64,000 nt of DNA from Eledone cirrhosa. Lineage: Eukaryota. The first letter of the stretch is position 1. The number at the start of each line of letters is the position of its first letter. The DNA lies in assembly GCA_964016885.1 (NCBI GenBank), contig OZ024761.1:21018001-21082000 (forward strand). The letters are read 5' to 3'. A program made the translations under genes and the position numbers. Of the stretch, positions 27,116 to 42,049 are shown piece after piece. A model generated the notes under the pieces. The model worked only from the letters and a program-made list of their open reading frames with translations. It was not told the DNA's origin and did no database searches.

Positions 27116-27914
27116 TTGGTTGTAACGATGTCAAATAAAGTCTGGGGGTGACGTACTCTACGTTTAAATAGAAGTGTTGGCGGGGGTGTCGTCGTATATA
27201 GCAGTCCTATCATGTTGTTACAGTTCACACCTATGTAGGTTTAGCTAGCCCCTTACAAGGCTTCATCTCATAGGAGGGGTTATTTGGTGTTTTAGTGATA
27301 GGGATCCCAGTCCTGTCATGTTGTTACAGCTCCCACCTATGTAGGTTTAGCTAGCCTCACATACCTTATATGGAGTGTCATATCTCATAGGACAGGTGTT
27401 TTAATAATAGGGGCCCAGTTCTGTCATGTTGTTGTTACAGCTCCCACCTCATAAAAGGTTTCTGGGCTCTTTTGATAACAGGGTCCCCCAGTCCTATCAT
27501 GTTGTTGTTACACCTCACACCTTGTATGTGGTCATATATCATTGGAGGTTTCCTACAGGAAATTTCTCAGATGAAGAGCAAAGGGTTCTGATACATTGGG
27601 TTCAAGGACACAACACAGCTCCCAGTCTAGAAAGTGAACTAACCATGTTATGGTTACCAGTTCAATGCCCTAATCACTAGCTCAAGATCCTGGTCCTTAG
27701 CTTTAGATTCAATCTGCTCTTCAAGATATGAGAGGTAACATTCTGAACCAAAACTAACAACATGTCCTCCAGGTTCTCTCTCACAACTGAACTGAAACAC
27801 ACGTGTGTGTCTGTGTATGTGTGTATATATATATGTGTGTATGTGTGTAATATATATGTGTGTGTGTGTTTCTCTGTATGTATATATATATATATGTATG
27901 TATGTGCATGTGTG

Positions 27915-27966
<52 letters not shown>

Positions 27967-28098
27967 TATGTGCATGTATATATAAATATATTTATATGTT
28001 GTAATAAATATATTTGAGATGTTTTTGGTTGTTTTGAAAAGATAAACAACTGTTGAAAAGACTGGAATTTATGGGCAGCAATCAATTAAAACTACTCC

Positions 28099-28184
<86 letters not shown>

Positions 28185-28625
28185 TTATAAATACATATAC
28201 ATATATATTTGTGTGTGTGTATATATATATATATATTTATATATATAGTGTGTGTGTGTACATATATATTGTATATATATGTATACATTATATAAATTCT
28301 CTAGTAACATCTATCTCTCCCTCTATATATACACACACACTCTGGGAGTATGTATGTATATGTATATATATGTATGTATATATATGTGTATGCTCCCCCC
28401 ACCTACACACGTGAATATAGTGAAGTGGTGTTTTAGGTTATTTTCAATGATTCTATCGATTAAACTGAAGAGATTTCAGAACCACAACAATAGAGCCACC
28501 ATTATAAAACAGAGTTTCATTATATACGGGTCTTTTAAATATTTTACCTCAGAGGGCCTCTCTCGCTCCCCTCTCTCTGATTTTGAAATATTACATCTGG
28601 AGCACAGATGTAATAAATATATATG

Positions 28626-28674
<49 letters not shown>

Positions 28675-29294
28675 ATATACGGTTCTTTTAAATATTTTAC
28701 CTCAGAGGGCCGCTCCCCCCCTCTCCCCCCTCTCTTTCTCTCTCTCTCTCTTTCAAATATGACATCTGGAACACAGACATAATATATAGCTGGCCTCTTA
28801 TGTATATATATACATATACACACACACAGTAAAACACATATCATATATATAGTCTGATATAGTGTAATATCCTGGTTTGGTGAGGTAGTTGCTTGAATAA
28901 GATAACTTATGATGTGAGTCAGAGGAAGCCGGACATTCTATTGTAATATTAAATCTGTTCAGCATTGCTGGGAGGAATGGTATTGTTGAAAGAAGCTGAA
29001 ATCATTGTGATGGCTAGATGACAGCTGATGATGAAAATGTCTCATTCTTGTACATCCTGAATATAAAATATAACAGCCCTTGCTTGCTGACAAAACGGAT
29101 GTTAGACGAAGATAAATAAATATTTATTTGCATTATTTTATTACATGTATGACATCATCTGTTACCTTGGGTGCACGGATGTGTTTGTCTTCTCCCTCCC
29201 TCACCAACTGGTACTACAATGGTCTCTGTTCTTTGGGAACTTGCTCGACTCATGTTACCTCCATACAGTAACTCCTTACATAAACACCCACCTC

Positions 29295-29332
<38 letters not shown>

Positions 29333-29703
29333 CACACACACATATATATATATATATACACACACATATATATATATACACACACACATATATATATATA
29401 CACACATATATATATAAATCAGGATGGATTCAGTTTGAACTTGGTTAGACCATTACTCAACAGAGTACTCAATACTTGGGGTAGTAGAGTTCTTTATAAT
29501 ATATATATATCAACCTTTCTGTATTTATTATTGTTGTATATATATGGCCACTGCCTCCAGCCGTGTTTTCTTACTGTCACACTTTATAACTGTTGTCTTT
29601 ACTCTAGACAGTAATGTATCAACATATCGCTCTATTGAGTGCTTTGTCATTGCCTCAAACAGCTTGATTAGTACCTGCTATATGGCAGCTACAACTTCGC
29701 TTT

Positions 29704-29765
<62 letters not shown>

Positions 29766-29813
29766 TGTATATAGAAAAGGATTCTATAGGACTAGTACTG
29801 TTTCATTAATAGG

Positions 29814-29864
<51 letters not shown>

Positions 29865-29921
29865 ACATTTTTTCCAATTCCACCCGGCCCGTCCCCTCAA
29901 TCTATCTTATTTCTCATTCTT

Positions 29922-29957
29922 TCTTCTGATGAAGGTCTAGCATCCGAAACGTTAAGA
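29922..29957 (+). ncRNA. Ultra-minimal hammerhead-like motif
   Basis: TCTT-CTGATGA-aGG-tctagcat-CC-GAAA-CG-TT-AAGA; stem III reduced to the palindrome AACGTT; the downstream flank recurs at ~46000-46087 (-) and ~52990-53030. Confidence 0.6.
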
Positions 29958-30072
29958 CCCTCTTCCTGCTATATCAAGCGTTAACCTAATATATTCCTTC
30001 CATTTACTGTACTGATTGTGTTGTTATTTCTGTTTACCTTTTACATACATATATATATATATGTATATATAT

Positions 30073-30290
30073 AGTTTAGGGAATGTAACATCCAGTTACT
30101 GTAGGTTCACCAGAGGGGCCACTCGATGTGTAGTTTCCAGTAAGTGTATGATTCTGTCATTACCACAGCAGAAGTCCAATGAGCTTTTGATTCCAGAGTC
30201 AGGCTAGATCGATACAGATCAAACCTTGAGCTGATCAATAACGAAACGCATGTCAGTACTCAATAAACGTAATGAAGACATAACCAATCA
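30073..30290 (+). mobile_element. Decayed copy of the 59311-59575 hammerhead element
   Basis: Shares gagcttttgattccagagtc..accttgagctgatca..cgaaacg..gtca..caataaacgtaatgaag; core mutated to CCAATGA. Confidence 0.7.
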
Positions 30291-30568
30291 TCCTTTTCCC
30301 TGCCAGGTTAACTTTGCCTTTCATCCTTACCGGGTCGATAAAATAAGGTACCAGTAATGTACTGGTTAATTGCTGGCCCTGTGCCAAAAGTAGAAACTAT
30401 TATTATTATTATTATTATGCTTTGCAGCAAAGACTTACGGCCCTTTATGGTCTGAGTTCAAATCCTGCCGAGGTTAACTTTGCCTTTCATCCTTACGGGG
30501 TCGATAAAATAAAGTACCAGTAATGTACTGGGGTAATTGCTGGCCTTGTGCCAAAAGTAGAAATAATA

Positions 30569-30655
<87 letters not shown>

Positions 30656-30672
30656 CGTGTGTGTGTATAATC

Positions 30673-30817
<145 letters not shown>

Positions 30818-30834
30818 ATATATATTTATATATT

Positions 30835-30898
<64 letters not shown>

Positions 30899-30911
30899 TG
30901 TGTGTGTATAA

Positions 30912-30950
<39 letters not shown>

Positions 30951-30955
<5 letters not shown>

Positions 30956-31246
30956 TTCAAAATATTAATAAAAATAGAACTTCTTGTGATCAAGTATATT
31001 TTATTATACATATTTCAGAGGTACAGAGTTAACTTCAACAGTACGTCCTCATCAGATAAAATAAGATGATGCATGACATACCCTGACATAGTGTCAGGGT
31101 ATGTCATGCATCATCACAAGAAGTTCTATTTTTGTTAATATTTTGAATTAATATTAATAACTCCGGAAAACCAATACTGTTGAGTGCTTCCAATCTATTG
31201 TAAAACTAATTCTTTGATTTATTCATTGAACCTTGTTTAACCTTTA
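30951..31246. mobile_element. Fold-back hammerhead element (family H2) with tail
   Basis: Outer arms 30951-30990 / 31113-31152; perfect 24-bp inner hairpin 31065-31115; tail with ACTC..GAGTGC. Confidence 0.78.
30999..31061 (-). ncRNA. Type I hammerhead ribozyme, AUA site
   Basis: TTTTAT-CTGATGA-ggacgtac..gtacctct-GAAA-T-ATGT-A-TA-ATAAAA. Confidence 0.78.
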
Positions 31247-31259
31247 AATATATATATAC

Positions 31260-31450
<191 letters not shown>

Positions 31451-32447
31451 CACAAAAAGATCTTCAGATAAGGGAAGTTATTGCTCGTTGAATGTTGAAA
31501 TGCAGAGTTGGTATAGTGATATGTATGATGTGTGAGTGAGTGCATGTGCAAAGTTGCACGTGCTTGCATCTGATATGTATGCACATGACACAGGCTTTCA
31601 TTCACATACATGCGAGCTCATACCGGCATGAATATATGCATGCGTTTACGTGCATATTGCTGCAACTACTTGCTAGCTGATGTGTGTGTGCAAACACATG
31701 CAAACACATGCGCACACATGCATCTATGCACACACACACACAATCATGCATACGTCTAAAAACATGCGTACACACAGACATAAATGCATACACACACGTA
31801 TATATACATACACACACATGTATATATACATACACATACATACACACACGTATATATACATACACACACATATATATATACATACACATACATACACACA
31901 CATGTATATATACATACACACAGATGTATATATACACATGTATACATACACATATATACACATGTATACATACATACACACACATGTATATATACACATG
32001 TATACATACACACACATGTATATATACACATGTATACATACACACACACATATATACACATGTATACATACATACACATATATACACATGTATACATACA
32101 TACACATATACACATGCACACATGTATATATATACACATGTATACATACACACACACATATATACACATGTATACATACGTTGTTCAGTTCCAAGTCAGC
32201 TGACAAAGCAGACTTACCTCTATAACCAGTCCAGCCATGGCCATCACATGTTGTTGTATATCTTGGACTACATTGTCAAAAGTGTTGTTGTCATCGTTGT
32301 TGTTGTCGTTGCAGTAGTAGTAGTGGTGGTGGTGGTGGTAGTAGTAGTAGTTGTTACCTGTCAGTAGTAGTAGTGGTAGTAGAAGTAGTAGTAGCAGTAG
32401 TAGTGGTAGTAGTAGCAGTAGTGGTAGTGGTAGTGGTAGTGGTGGTA

Positions 32448-32506
<59 letters not shown>

Positions 32507-32599
32507 GGTAATGATATCAATTTGGTTATTTTAACAGAAACATCTGCTGAAATATAAATCATAATTTTAGCTACCATTTCTACCTTGTTCTTACTGTTG

Positions 32600-32631
<32 letters not shown>

Positions 32632-33304
32632 GTTGACAGTGGTGGTTGTGGTGTGGTGGTGGTGATGGTGGTGGTAGTGGTGGTAGTGGTTGTGGTGTGG
32701 TGGTGACAGTGGTGGTGGTGGTGGTGGAGGTGGTGGTGTGGTGGTGGTGGTGGTGGTGACAGTGGTGGTGGTGACAGTGGTGGTGGTGGTGGTGTGGTGG
32801 AGGTGGTGGTGACAGTGGTGGTGGTGGTGGTGACAGTGGTGGTGGTGGTGGTGCTACTATTGATGTTGTTGTCATGTTTATAGTTGTTGTCATTGCTGCT
32901 ACTGTTGTAGTTGTTGTTGTCAATGATGATGATGTTTTTGTATTGTCCTCAACATTGTCATTCTTGTTGTTGTTGATGTTGTCATTGGTGGTGGTCGTGG
33001 ATTGGCAAAATTGGTAGAGCGTCAGATAAAATGTCATTGTGGTATTTGTTTTGGGCCCTTTTTTGATTCCGAGTTCAAATCCCACCCAGGTCAACTTTAC
33101 CTCTCATCCTTCTCAGGAGTCAATATAATAAAATACCAGTCATGTACTCGGGGTTAATTTAATCAACTTTTCCCCCTCCCCACCTCGCAAAAATTGCTGG
33201 CCATGTGGCTAAATAATAAATCAATACAATTGATTATCTTTAGTAAAACACGTGTTGAGTATGTATTTTCCAATAACCGATATTTATAGATCTCTATAGT
33301 AATG

Positions 33305-33570
33305 TGTAGTGGAGGCGTGTGGCCTAGTGGTAAGGCTATTGGACTTGTGATCATAATGTCGTGGGTTCGATTCCTGGGCTGGGTTGCATGCTGTGTTCTT
33401 GAGCAAAACCTTTCATTTCAAGTCACTTCATGCCATGAAACTGGGAGGTTTAACACTGTGATGGACTGGTGTCCTGTCCAGGTGAAGTCTTCTACTCTCA
33501 GTAGCTCCACGCTACACAAACCATGACAAGCACTTGCCTGATGAGCCTCCAGGCTCGAGACAGACTTTGT
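33305..33570 (+). mobile_element. tRNA-derived SINE family B (CORE-like domain)
   Basis: A box TGGCCTAGTGG, B box GGTTCGATTCC, TGTGTTCTTGAGCAA domain; other copies at ~27560-27680, 47600-47690 and 51040-51160 (-). Confidence 0.75.
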
Positions 33571-35029
33571 AATGATGACTCGAGTCATTAGAATGTCAGA
33601 TAGAATGATTTACGCTATTTGTTTCACCTCTCTCACTTTAAATCCGGCCGAGGTCAGCTTTGCCTTTCATCCTTTCGAGGTTGATAAAAAAAAAAGTACC
33701 AGTCTGATACTGGGGTCGATTTTTCCACCATATCTCTTTCTCATTTCCTCTCTCTCTCTACCCCCTCTCTCTCTCTGTCTCACTGTCTCTCCATCTCTCT
33801 CACTACCTCTCTCTCTCTCTGTCTCGTCTCTCCATCTCTTTCTCTACCTCTCTCTCTCTCTGTCTCACTGTCTCTCCATCTCTCTCCCACTGTCTCTCAC
33901 TACCTCCTCTCTCTCTCTCACTATCCCCTCTCTCTCTCTCTCTCAACCTCTCTCTCTCTCTGTCTCACTGTCTTTCCATCTCTCTCTCACTACCTCTCTC
34001 TCTCACTATCCCCCTCTCTCTCTCTCTCTCTCACTACCTCCAGCTCTCTCTCTCTCTACCTCTCTCCCACCTCTGGTTATATTATTCAGACCTGGAGAGG
34101 GAAGGGCTCTGCAAGGTTAAAAGACCCTAGAAATGGTGTTTTACATTACAGTGCTCCTACAACTCCACCAGGAGTAAGGGATTCACACACATACACACAC
34201 ATACATACATACACACACACATATATACACACACACATATATACACACACACATATATATATACATATATATATATACACAAGGTGTCCCCCCCCAAAAA
34301 AAATGTATACATACTTTTGTTAGAATGCTGTTGAAGTGTTTATATATTATAAGATATATAAACGAACATACATAGATATATATTATATATATATACATAC
34401 ACACATATATTATATATATATATATATACATACATACACAACATATGTAAATATATACATACATACACACACACACACACATATATATATATACATACAG
34501 TATAGTCTGTATTGTGTAGTATTTAGAAATTGGACTGTTTATAAAAAAATCTACTACTACTACTACTACCACTACAACTACCATTACTACTACTACTACT
34601 ACCATAACTACTACTACTACTACTACTACTACACCACTACCACACTGCCACCACCACTACCACTACTACCATTACTACTACTACTAATACCAACTACCTA
34701 CACTACCACACCACTACTACCAACCACTACAACCACTTACCACTACTACTACAACCAACTACCACCTACACCATTACCACCACTACTACTACCACCACTA
34801 CTAACCACCAACTACAACTACCACTACTACTACTACTATAAACATTAGCTTTTAACATTTATAATTTCATATCAAAATAAACATAACACCTTTCAATAAC
34901 TATTATCACAAAATATGCAAACACCTCCAAATTACAGCACAACACACTCACTCACACACACACCACTCACTCAACACACAACACTCAACCCTCACTCTAC
35001 CTCTCACACTCAACACTCTCAATCTACAC

Positions 35030-35865
35030 TCTCACCTCTCTCTCTACCTCTCTCTCTCTACCTCACTCACCTCTCTCTCTACTCTCTCTACCCCTTCTCA
35101 CTCTCTACCTCTAACTCTCTCTACCTCTCTCTCTCTACCTCTCTCTCTACCTCTCTCTCACCTCTCTCTACCTCTCTCTCTACCCTCTCTCTACCTCTCT
35201 CTCTACCCCTCTCTCTCTCTCTCTACCTCTCTCTACCTCTCTCTCTCTAACCTCTCTCTCTACCTCTCTACCTCTCTCTACCTCTCTCCTCCTACCTCTC
35301 TCTCTCTCTACCTCTCTCTCTACCTCTCTCTCTACCTCTCTCTACCTCTCTCTACCTCTCTCTACCTCTCCCTACCTCTCTCTCCTCTCTCTCTCTACTC
35401 TCTCTCTCTCTCTACCTCTCTCTCTCTACCTCTCTCTCCTCTACCTCTCTCTCTACCTCTCTCTCCCTCTACCTCTCTCTACCTCTCTCTCTACCTCTCT
35501 CTCTCTACCTCTCTCTCTACCTCTTCTCTCTACCTCTCTCTACCTCTCTCTCTCTCTCTCTACCTCTCTCTCTCTACCTCTCTCTCTCTCCTCTACCTCT
35601 CTCTCTCTACCTCTCTCTCTCTACCTCTCTCTCTACCTCTACCTCTCACCTCTCTCTCTCTACCTCTCTCTCTCTCTCTACCTCTCTCTCTCTACCTCTC
35701 TCTCTCTACCTCTCTCTCTACCTCTACCTCTCTCTCTCGCTCTACCTCTCTCTACCTCTCTCTCTACCTCTACCTCTCTCTCTACTCTCTCTCTCGCTCT
35801 ACCTCTCTCTACACCTCTCTCTCTCTCTACCTCTACCTCTCTCTCTCTACCTCTCTCTCTACCTC

Positions 35866-35923
<58 letters not shown>

Positions 35924-35925
35924 TC
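35030..35925. repeat. Polypyrimidine (CT)n/CTAC tract of ~0.9 kb
   Basis: Visible. Confidence 0.95.
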
Positions 35926-36202
35926 TCATTTTCATCCCCCCCCCCTCTCTGTATATCTACGTGTATACAGATTTTGTTGTATATTCATATATCATATAAA
36001 CCAAATATTATATATACTTAATATATTTTATATACGCAATATATAACATATATATATACTATATACATAATATATATATATATGTTATATATATATTTTT
36101 ATATACATGTTCTATTTGCCTTACTCATGTTTCTACATAAAAGGGAAGTGATGAAAAACTTACCTAAGCTCTATTAATTATATATATATACATACACATA
36201 GA

Positions 36203-36264
<62 letters not shown>

Positions 36265-36265
<1 letters not shown>

Positions 36266-36395
36266 ACGAAGGAGGTGTGGTAAGGAACCAGGTGGACCAT
36301 AACACACCAGAGTACTCAATACTTAGGGTAGTAGAGTGGGTAATAGGAAAAGAGCCAGGACCCCGACGGCTGAGCTCTTTTTCCTATGTATATTA
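36265..36395 (-). mobile_element. Tail-bearing (TA)n-inserted element (copies at 36918-37060; related 29418-29500)
   Basis: Shared ACTCTACTACCCTAAGTATTGAGTACTCTG tail; short inverted repeat TAGGAAAAGAGC/GCTCTTTTTCCTA. Confidence 0.6.
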
Positions 36396-36884
36396 CTCTC
36401 TGTTGCTCACCTCACTTTTGGGGGGTTTTCTTTCAAAGTTATAAACCCTTATCGTGTGCTTCTGACCAACTGACTTGACCACCCACACACCACCCTTCAC
36501 ACCCATCTCACACACTCTCATTCTTACACACTCCTCACACCCACCCCTCATATACGCGCCCCTCACACATACTCTCATACTTACACACACACACACACAC
36601 ACGCCCCGACATACCCCCCCCCCCCCCGACATACCCCCATCATGTTGACCACCCACATGCCCACCCTTCACACACACTCACCCCCACCCACACTCTCATA
36701 CCCCCACCCCCACCACGTTGACCATCACATGTGCACTGCCACCGTTGCTGTCATCGTCATGTGCACACATCATAGCTTTGCTTGTTTATGCATTCATTGC
36801 ATCTTCCGACATCACCTTTCAATACATATATGTGTATATATGTGTATATATGTGTATATATATATATATATATATGTGTGTATA

Positions 36885-36918
<34 letters not shown>

Positions 36919-37087
36919 ACGAAGGAATTGTGGTAAGGAACCAGGTGGACCGTAACCCACCAGAGTACTCAATATTTAGGGTAGTAGAGTGGGTAATAGG
37001 AGTCCAGAAATAGCCGTCGAAACGGCTTGAACTCTGCCATCGGGGTCTTACTTTTTCATATATATATATATATATATACACACACAA

Positions 37088-37138
<51 letters not shown>

Positions 37139-37140
37139 CA

Positions 37141-37177
<37 letters not shown>

Positions 37178-37247
37178 ACATGTATAAATATACACATACA
37201 CACACACATATATATAAAGCCATTTTCAAATACGAAAACAGATAATG

Positions 37248-37311
<64 letters not shown>

Positions 37312-37356
37312 CACTTATATTCCTCTCTCCCTCTCTCTCTCTTACTAACCATCATC

Positions 37357-37388
<32 letters not shown>

Positions 37389-38464
37389 CTGTATATATAC
37401 ACACACACACAGGTAAATTATATAAATCTTCCTTTCTCTCTCTCTTCCTCCCACCATCAGCTGTTTCTTCCTCTTTCTCTCCCTCTCTCTCTCCCCCCCC
37501 CCACCTCTCTCTCTCTCCCTCTCTCTCCCCCTCTCCTACAAACTCTCTCTCCCTCTCTCCCCCTCCCTACACTATCAAACCTTCAGCCAACACATGTTAT
37601 TGAACATCTACCAATTCTCTCTGTATGGCTGACTGTCTGTCTCGTTAGCTGTTTACCTGTCTCTGGCTATTACCTCTCTCTCTCTCTCTACCTGGTCTGT
37701 TTTTGTCTATTTACCTGGTATGTCCATTTACCTGTCTCTCTCTCTCTCTCTCTCTACCTCTGTCTATTTACCTGTCTCTAGTTAATCACCTCTCCTCTCT
37801 CTATATATATATATCTGGTCTGTCTATTTACCTGTCTTTGGTTAATTACCTCTCTCTCTACCTGATCTGTCTCTGTCTATTTACCTGTCTATCTACTTAA
37901 TTGTCTTTCTCTCAACCTGCCTATATATTTACCTCTCTGTCTATCTATTTATCTCTCCATTTACCTGTCTGTCTACCTGTTTATTTTTCTGATTATCTAT
38001 TTACCTGTTTGACTATATAATTACCTGCCTCTCAATCTTTTTACTTTGTTTATTCATCCAATTACCTGTCTATATATATACCTGTCTATAATATATACAT
38101 ATTTCTGTCTATATATTTACCTGGTCTATATATTTACCTGGTCTATATATTTATACCTGTCCATATATATACCTGGTCTATATATTTACCTGGTTTATAT
38201 ATACATACCTGCTCTATATATTTACCTGTCTATATATATATTATCGAGCCCTCTTTGGATTTTATTCTTCAAATTTATTATTATTACTATATATATATAT
38301 ATATATTTACCTGCTTATATATTTACCTGTGTCTCTTTCTCCCTATTTATCTCTGTATCTATCTAACTCTCTCTATATTTACCTGTACCGTAGTCTGTCT
38401 ACCTATATAAAATTATAATAGAACATATTAATTTAAATAGGAACAAATGTATTTCAATTAATTA

Positions 38465-38650
38465 ACTGTTTCTACTTTTGGCACAAGGCCAGCAATTATC
38501 CCAGTGTATTACTGGTACTTTATTTTATCGACCCCGTAAGGATGAAAGGCAAAGTTAACCTCGACTTGATTTGAACTCAGACAGTAATGGGCCGTAACTA
38601 TGCTAGAAAGCATGGTGTCCAACCCTCTACCGATACTGCCAATCCACCAA
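38465..38650 (-). mobile_element. SINE family A, full length
   Basis: Reverse complement of the head, central domain and tail. Confidence 0.85.
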
Positions 38651-39155
38651 TTAATTAATGAAGAATTTTGAAGGAGTTGCTAAAATTGTTACTTATTCCA
38701 TGACTAAGTAACTTAACATATGGTACTTATATAAAATTATGTTGGAAAATGTTAATTTACATAGAAACCCTTTAAAATGGATGGTTTTGTTTTATAGAAC
38801 CCAGAGCTGTGTAGGTTTGGTGGAACTGTAAATTTATACTCTATATATTTTCTTTGATAATCAACCATACACATCACATGTCTTCCATACCAGTGCAGTC
38901 TTCCCTCCTGCACACTACATCTATATATATGTATACATCTATATATATATATATATATAAGTGTATTGAACTAGGCAAACTGAGTTTGTACTAGTACGAT
39001 GAACCTTCCCACTTGCTCAATGATTTCATAGGACTTGCACTTAGGAAGCGCCAGTTTGCGATATTCAGAGTGCACACATATAGTTATTAGTGGTTAGTTT
39101 GATAATCATGAAGTACAAGTCAACAGGTTATAATTCACTTCATTTATCCATAATC

Positions 39156-39214
39156 GCTGTTATACACATTTCAGTGATAACTGTTTTGCAACAGTTAAGA
39201 CCTCATCAGACAGC
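39156..39214 (-). ncRNA. Type I hammerhead ribozyme, AUA site, GCAA-capped stem II
   Basis: GCTGT-CTGATGA-ggtct-TAACTGTT-GCAA-AACAGTTA-tcact-GAAA-T-GTGT-A-TA-ACAGC; element extends to (TA)n at 38959. Confidence 0.82.
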
Positions 39215-39339
39215 TAAAAGTTGAACAGAAAAAACAGATAAACATAACAAGGAAATAAAAATTACTCCTGTTGTTTCGATCCATTGATATGACCTGGGCT
39301 GATGTTTGGTGTTGGTCTCTCAAGATACTGGTGACATAT

Positions 39340-39615
39340 GAAGTAGTTAATGAGGGTGTTAAGTAATTAGGTGAAGTAGTTAACGAGAGTGTTAACTAAT
39401 TAGGTGAAGTAGTTAACAAGAGTGTTAAGTAATTAGGGGAAGTAGTTAATGAGGGCTGGAGTTAGTTAACTAGTGTTAGCTAAATTAGGTGAAGTAGTTA
39501 ACGAGGACTAGAGATAGTTAACTAGTGTTAGCTAATTAGGTGAAGTAGTTAACGAGGGCTAGAGATAGTTAACTAGTGTTAGCTAATTAGGTGAAGTAGT
39601 TAACGAGGGCTAGAG
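39340..39615. repeat. Degenerate 33-51-bp minisatellite (TAGGTGAAGTAGTTAACGAG...)
   Basis: Visible repeated core. Confidence 0.8.
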
Positions 39616-40000
39616 TTCTGAGTTTAAAGAATATTGACAGGAAGAATTAGATTTGTTTATATTCAGCAGAAATCAATAACAACAACAACAACAACAACTG
39701 TTGAATACTCCCAAATGAATGAAAGAAACAACATACCCCCACCCCCCATATACATATCTCTCTCCCTCTCTCTCCCTCTCTGTCCCCTCTTCTCTCCCCC
39801 TCCTTGACCTTTAATCAATTGACATTCATTATCCAATCATGTTGGTGTATGTATATATGTGTATATGTATGTATGTATATATGTATGTGTGTATGTATAT
39901 TTAAATGTATGTGGTGTTTAATATGTGATTGGGATTCTGTGTATGTGGCATCTTAAATATGTGTGTGTGTATATATATATATAGGATGTGTGTGTGGTGT

Positions 40001-40054
<54 letters not shown>

Positions 40055-40519
40055 CTAGAATGGAAAGAAGTCATTAAACGATGATGATATATATATATCA
40101 TATATATCATATACATACACACATACATGCTGCATACATACAGAAATACATGCATTTATACACACACATATTCACTGACACATACACACCCACACTCACA
40201 CACACACACATTTCCTTTACAAACTTTAATTATATGTTGATGATTTTTTTACCTTTCCCCCTGACTGACCCCGAAAACCTAACAGTTTGACTGACATCTT
40301 AATCAGTGTTTACCACTAAAGCAGAAAACTGCAGCATCCAGTGTTCACTGAACCGTGAAACCAATAAGTTTTAACTCTTTAGTCTCCATTGGTTGATCTG
40401 TTCAACATCTGAATGTAAGAAACATCGCAAAAGAAAATATTGGTCTTAGTACTCCAATGTTGGTATTTAGTACACGTTTCTACATAAACACACATTTACA
40501 TTGAAATAAATCATTATTA

Positions 40520-40705
40520 TTGTTGGCAGGATCTGTAGAGGGCCGGACACCATTCTTTGCAGCATAGAGTTACGTCCCTTTACGGTCTGAGTTCAAATCT
40601 TGCTGAGGTTAACTTTGCCTTTCATCCTTATGGGATTGATAAAATAAAGTACCAGTAATGCTCTGGGATAATTGCTGGCCTTGTGCCAAAAGTAGAAACA
40701 ATTAT
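40520..40705 (+). mobile_element. SINE family A
   Basis: Same diagnostic sequence as the other copies. Confidence 0.85.
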
Positions 40706-41383
40706 TAATAAATTTATTAAATAAGGGTGGAAGGATTTAATTGAAAATTTGGTGAAAACCACAAATTAAACTCCAGTAAAATTCAGAATTTGATATTTCT
40801 TTTTTTCTCCTTTTTTCTCCTTTATTTTTGGGGTTTGTTTTTTTTTCACTGTAATCAAATTTTTATTCATTAAAACAAATCCTGTCAATTTATAAATTAA
40901 ATTATCGATAACAAAAGAAAAAAAAAACAAAGAAAATAAAATTAGAATTAAATTTTATTTTTTCCTTCAACAAACTTTTTTTGTTTGTTTTAAATTTATA
41001 ATAATAATAATAATAAAATAATATTTTCAAATGAAGTCTTGTATTATGTAATTACTGGTATTATGATGTTTATTGGACAAGATTAAATTTGTTAAACAAT
41101 CATTAAATAATATTGCTGAGTGAATCTCTTAAAACTTTAGCAGTTTTTTGGGGGGATTTCGAATATTTAATTACTCTTGAGTCTCGAATAATGCCTCCCA
41201 CCCAACATATTAATTTTTCTTGGTGCCACAGTCGGGAGTTTACATATATATATATTAGTCCTGAAGAAGGATTTAAGTCCGATACGACAAACTTTTTTTC
41301 CTTTTTCCAATATAAAGCATGAAACTAATAAGACTTTTTGTACCTCTGTTGTCTCCTTGAACTATATATATACATATCTATAC

Positions 41384-41443
<60 letters not shown>

Positions 41444-41470
41444 GTATAGATATGTATATATATATATATA

Positions 41471-42049
41471 TGTTACCTGGGCGATAAAATCAGCAGTGGG
41501 GGAGGGTGCTCTGAAAGTACTGTAGCTAGAGTCAGAACTGGTTGGAAAAAGTTCAGAGAGCTTATACCACTATTAGCCGCTAAAGGGTTCTCCCTAAAAA
41601 TGAAAGGCAGATTGTACGATGCCTGCATACGAACAGCAATGTTGCATGGTAGTGAGACCTGGGCATTGTGTGCAGAGGATATACGCAGACTAGAGAGGAA
41701 CGAAGCTTGCATGCTCCGCTGGATGTGTAACAGTAATATACGTGAACGGCAAAGCATAAACGAACTAAGGAAAAAATTAGAGATAAGAGGGATCAGATGT
41801 TGTTTACTCGAGAGAAGGCTGCGTTGGTATGGACACGTGATGCGCATGAAAGTCGATAGCTGTATAACAAAGTGCAGGGCAATAAAGATAGACGGTAGTC
41901 ACGGAATAGGCAGACCTAGAAAAACATGGGATGAGCTGATAAACTCCGACCTCACACACTTACACCTCTCCAAGACAATGTCACTGGACCGAGACCTTTG
42001 GCGGTACTCAGTAACAGAGAAGACCCGCCTTGCCAGTAGGCATCTCTAA
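41471..42049 (+). pseudogene. RTE-clade LINE reverse transcriptase C-terminal fragment (5'-truncated, frame open)
   Basis: YLGDKIS..ARVRTGWKKFREL..KGRLYDACIRTAMLHGSETW..RRLRWYGHVMRM..GRPRKTW..DRDLWR: typical RTE RT-end/thumb motifs. Confidence 0.9.

Noticed and set aside
29025-29045. CTGATGATGAAA motif
   Set aside because: No stem II and no stem I complement
33538-33560. CTGATGAGCC..GGCTC (also 48070-48090) as hammerheads
   Set aside because: No GAAA after the stem; more likely the 3' hairpin of a SINE/RTE tail
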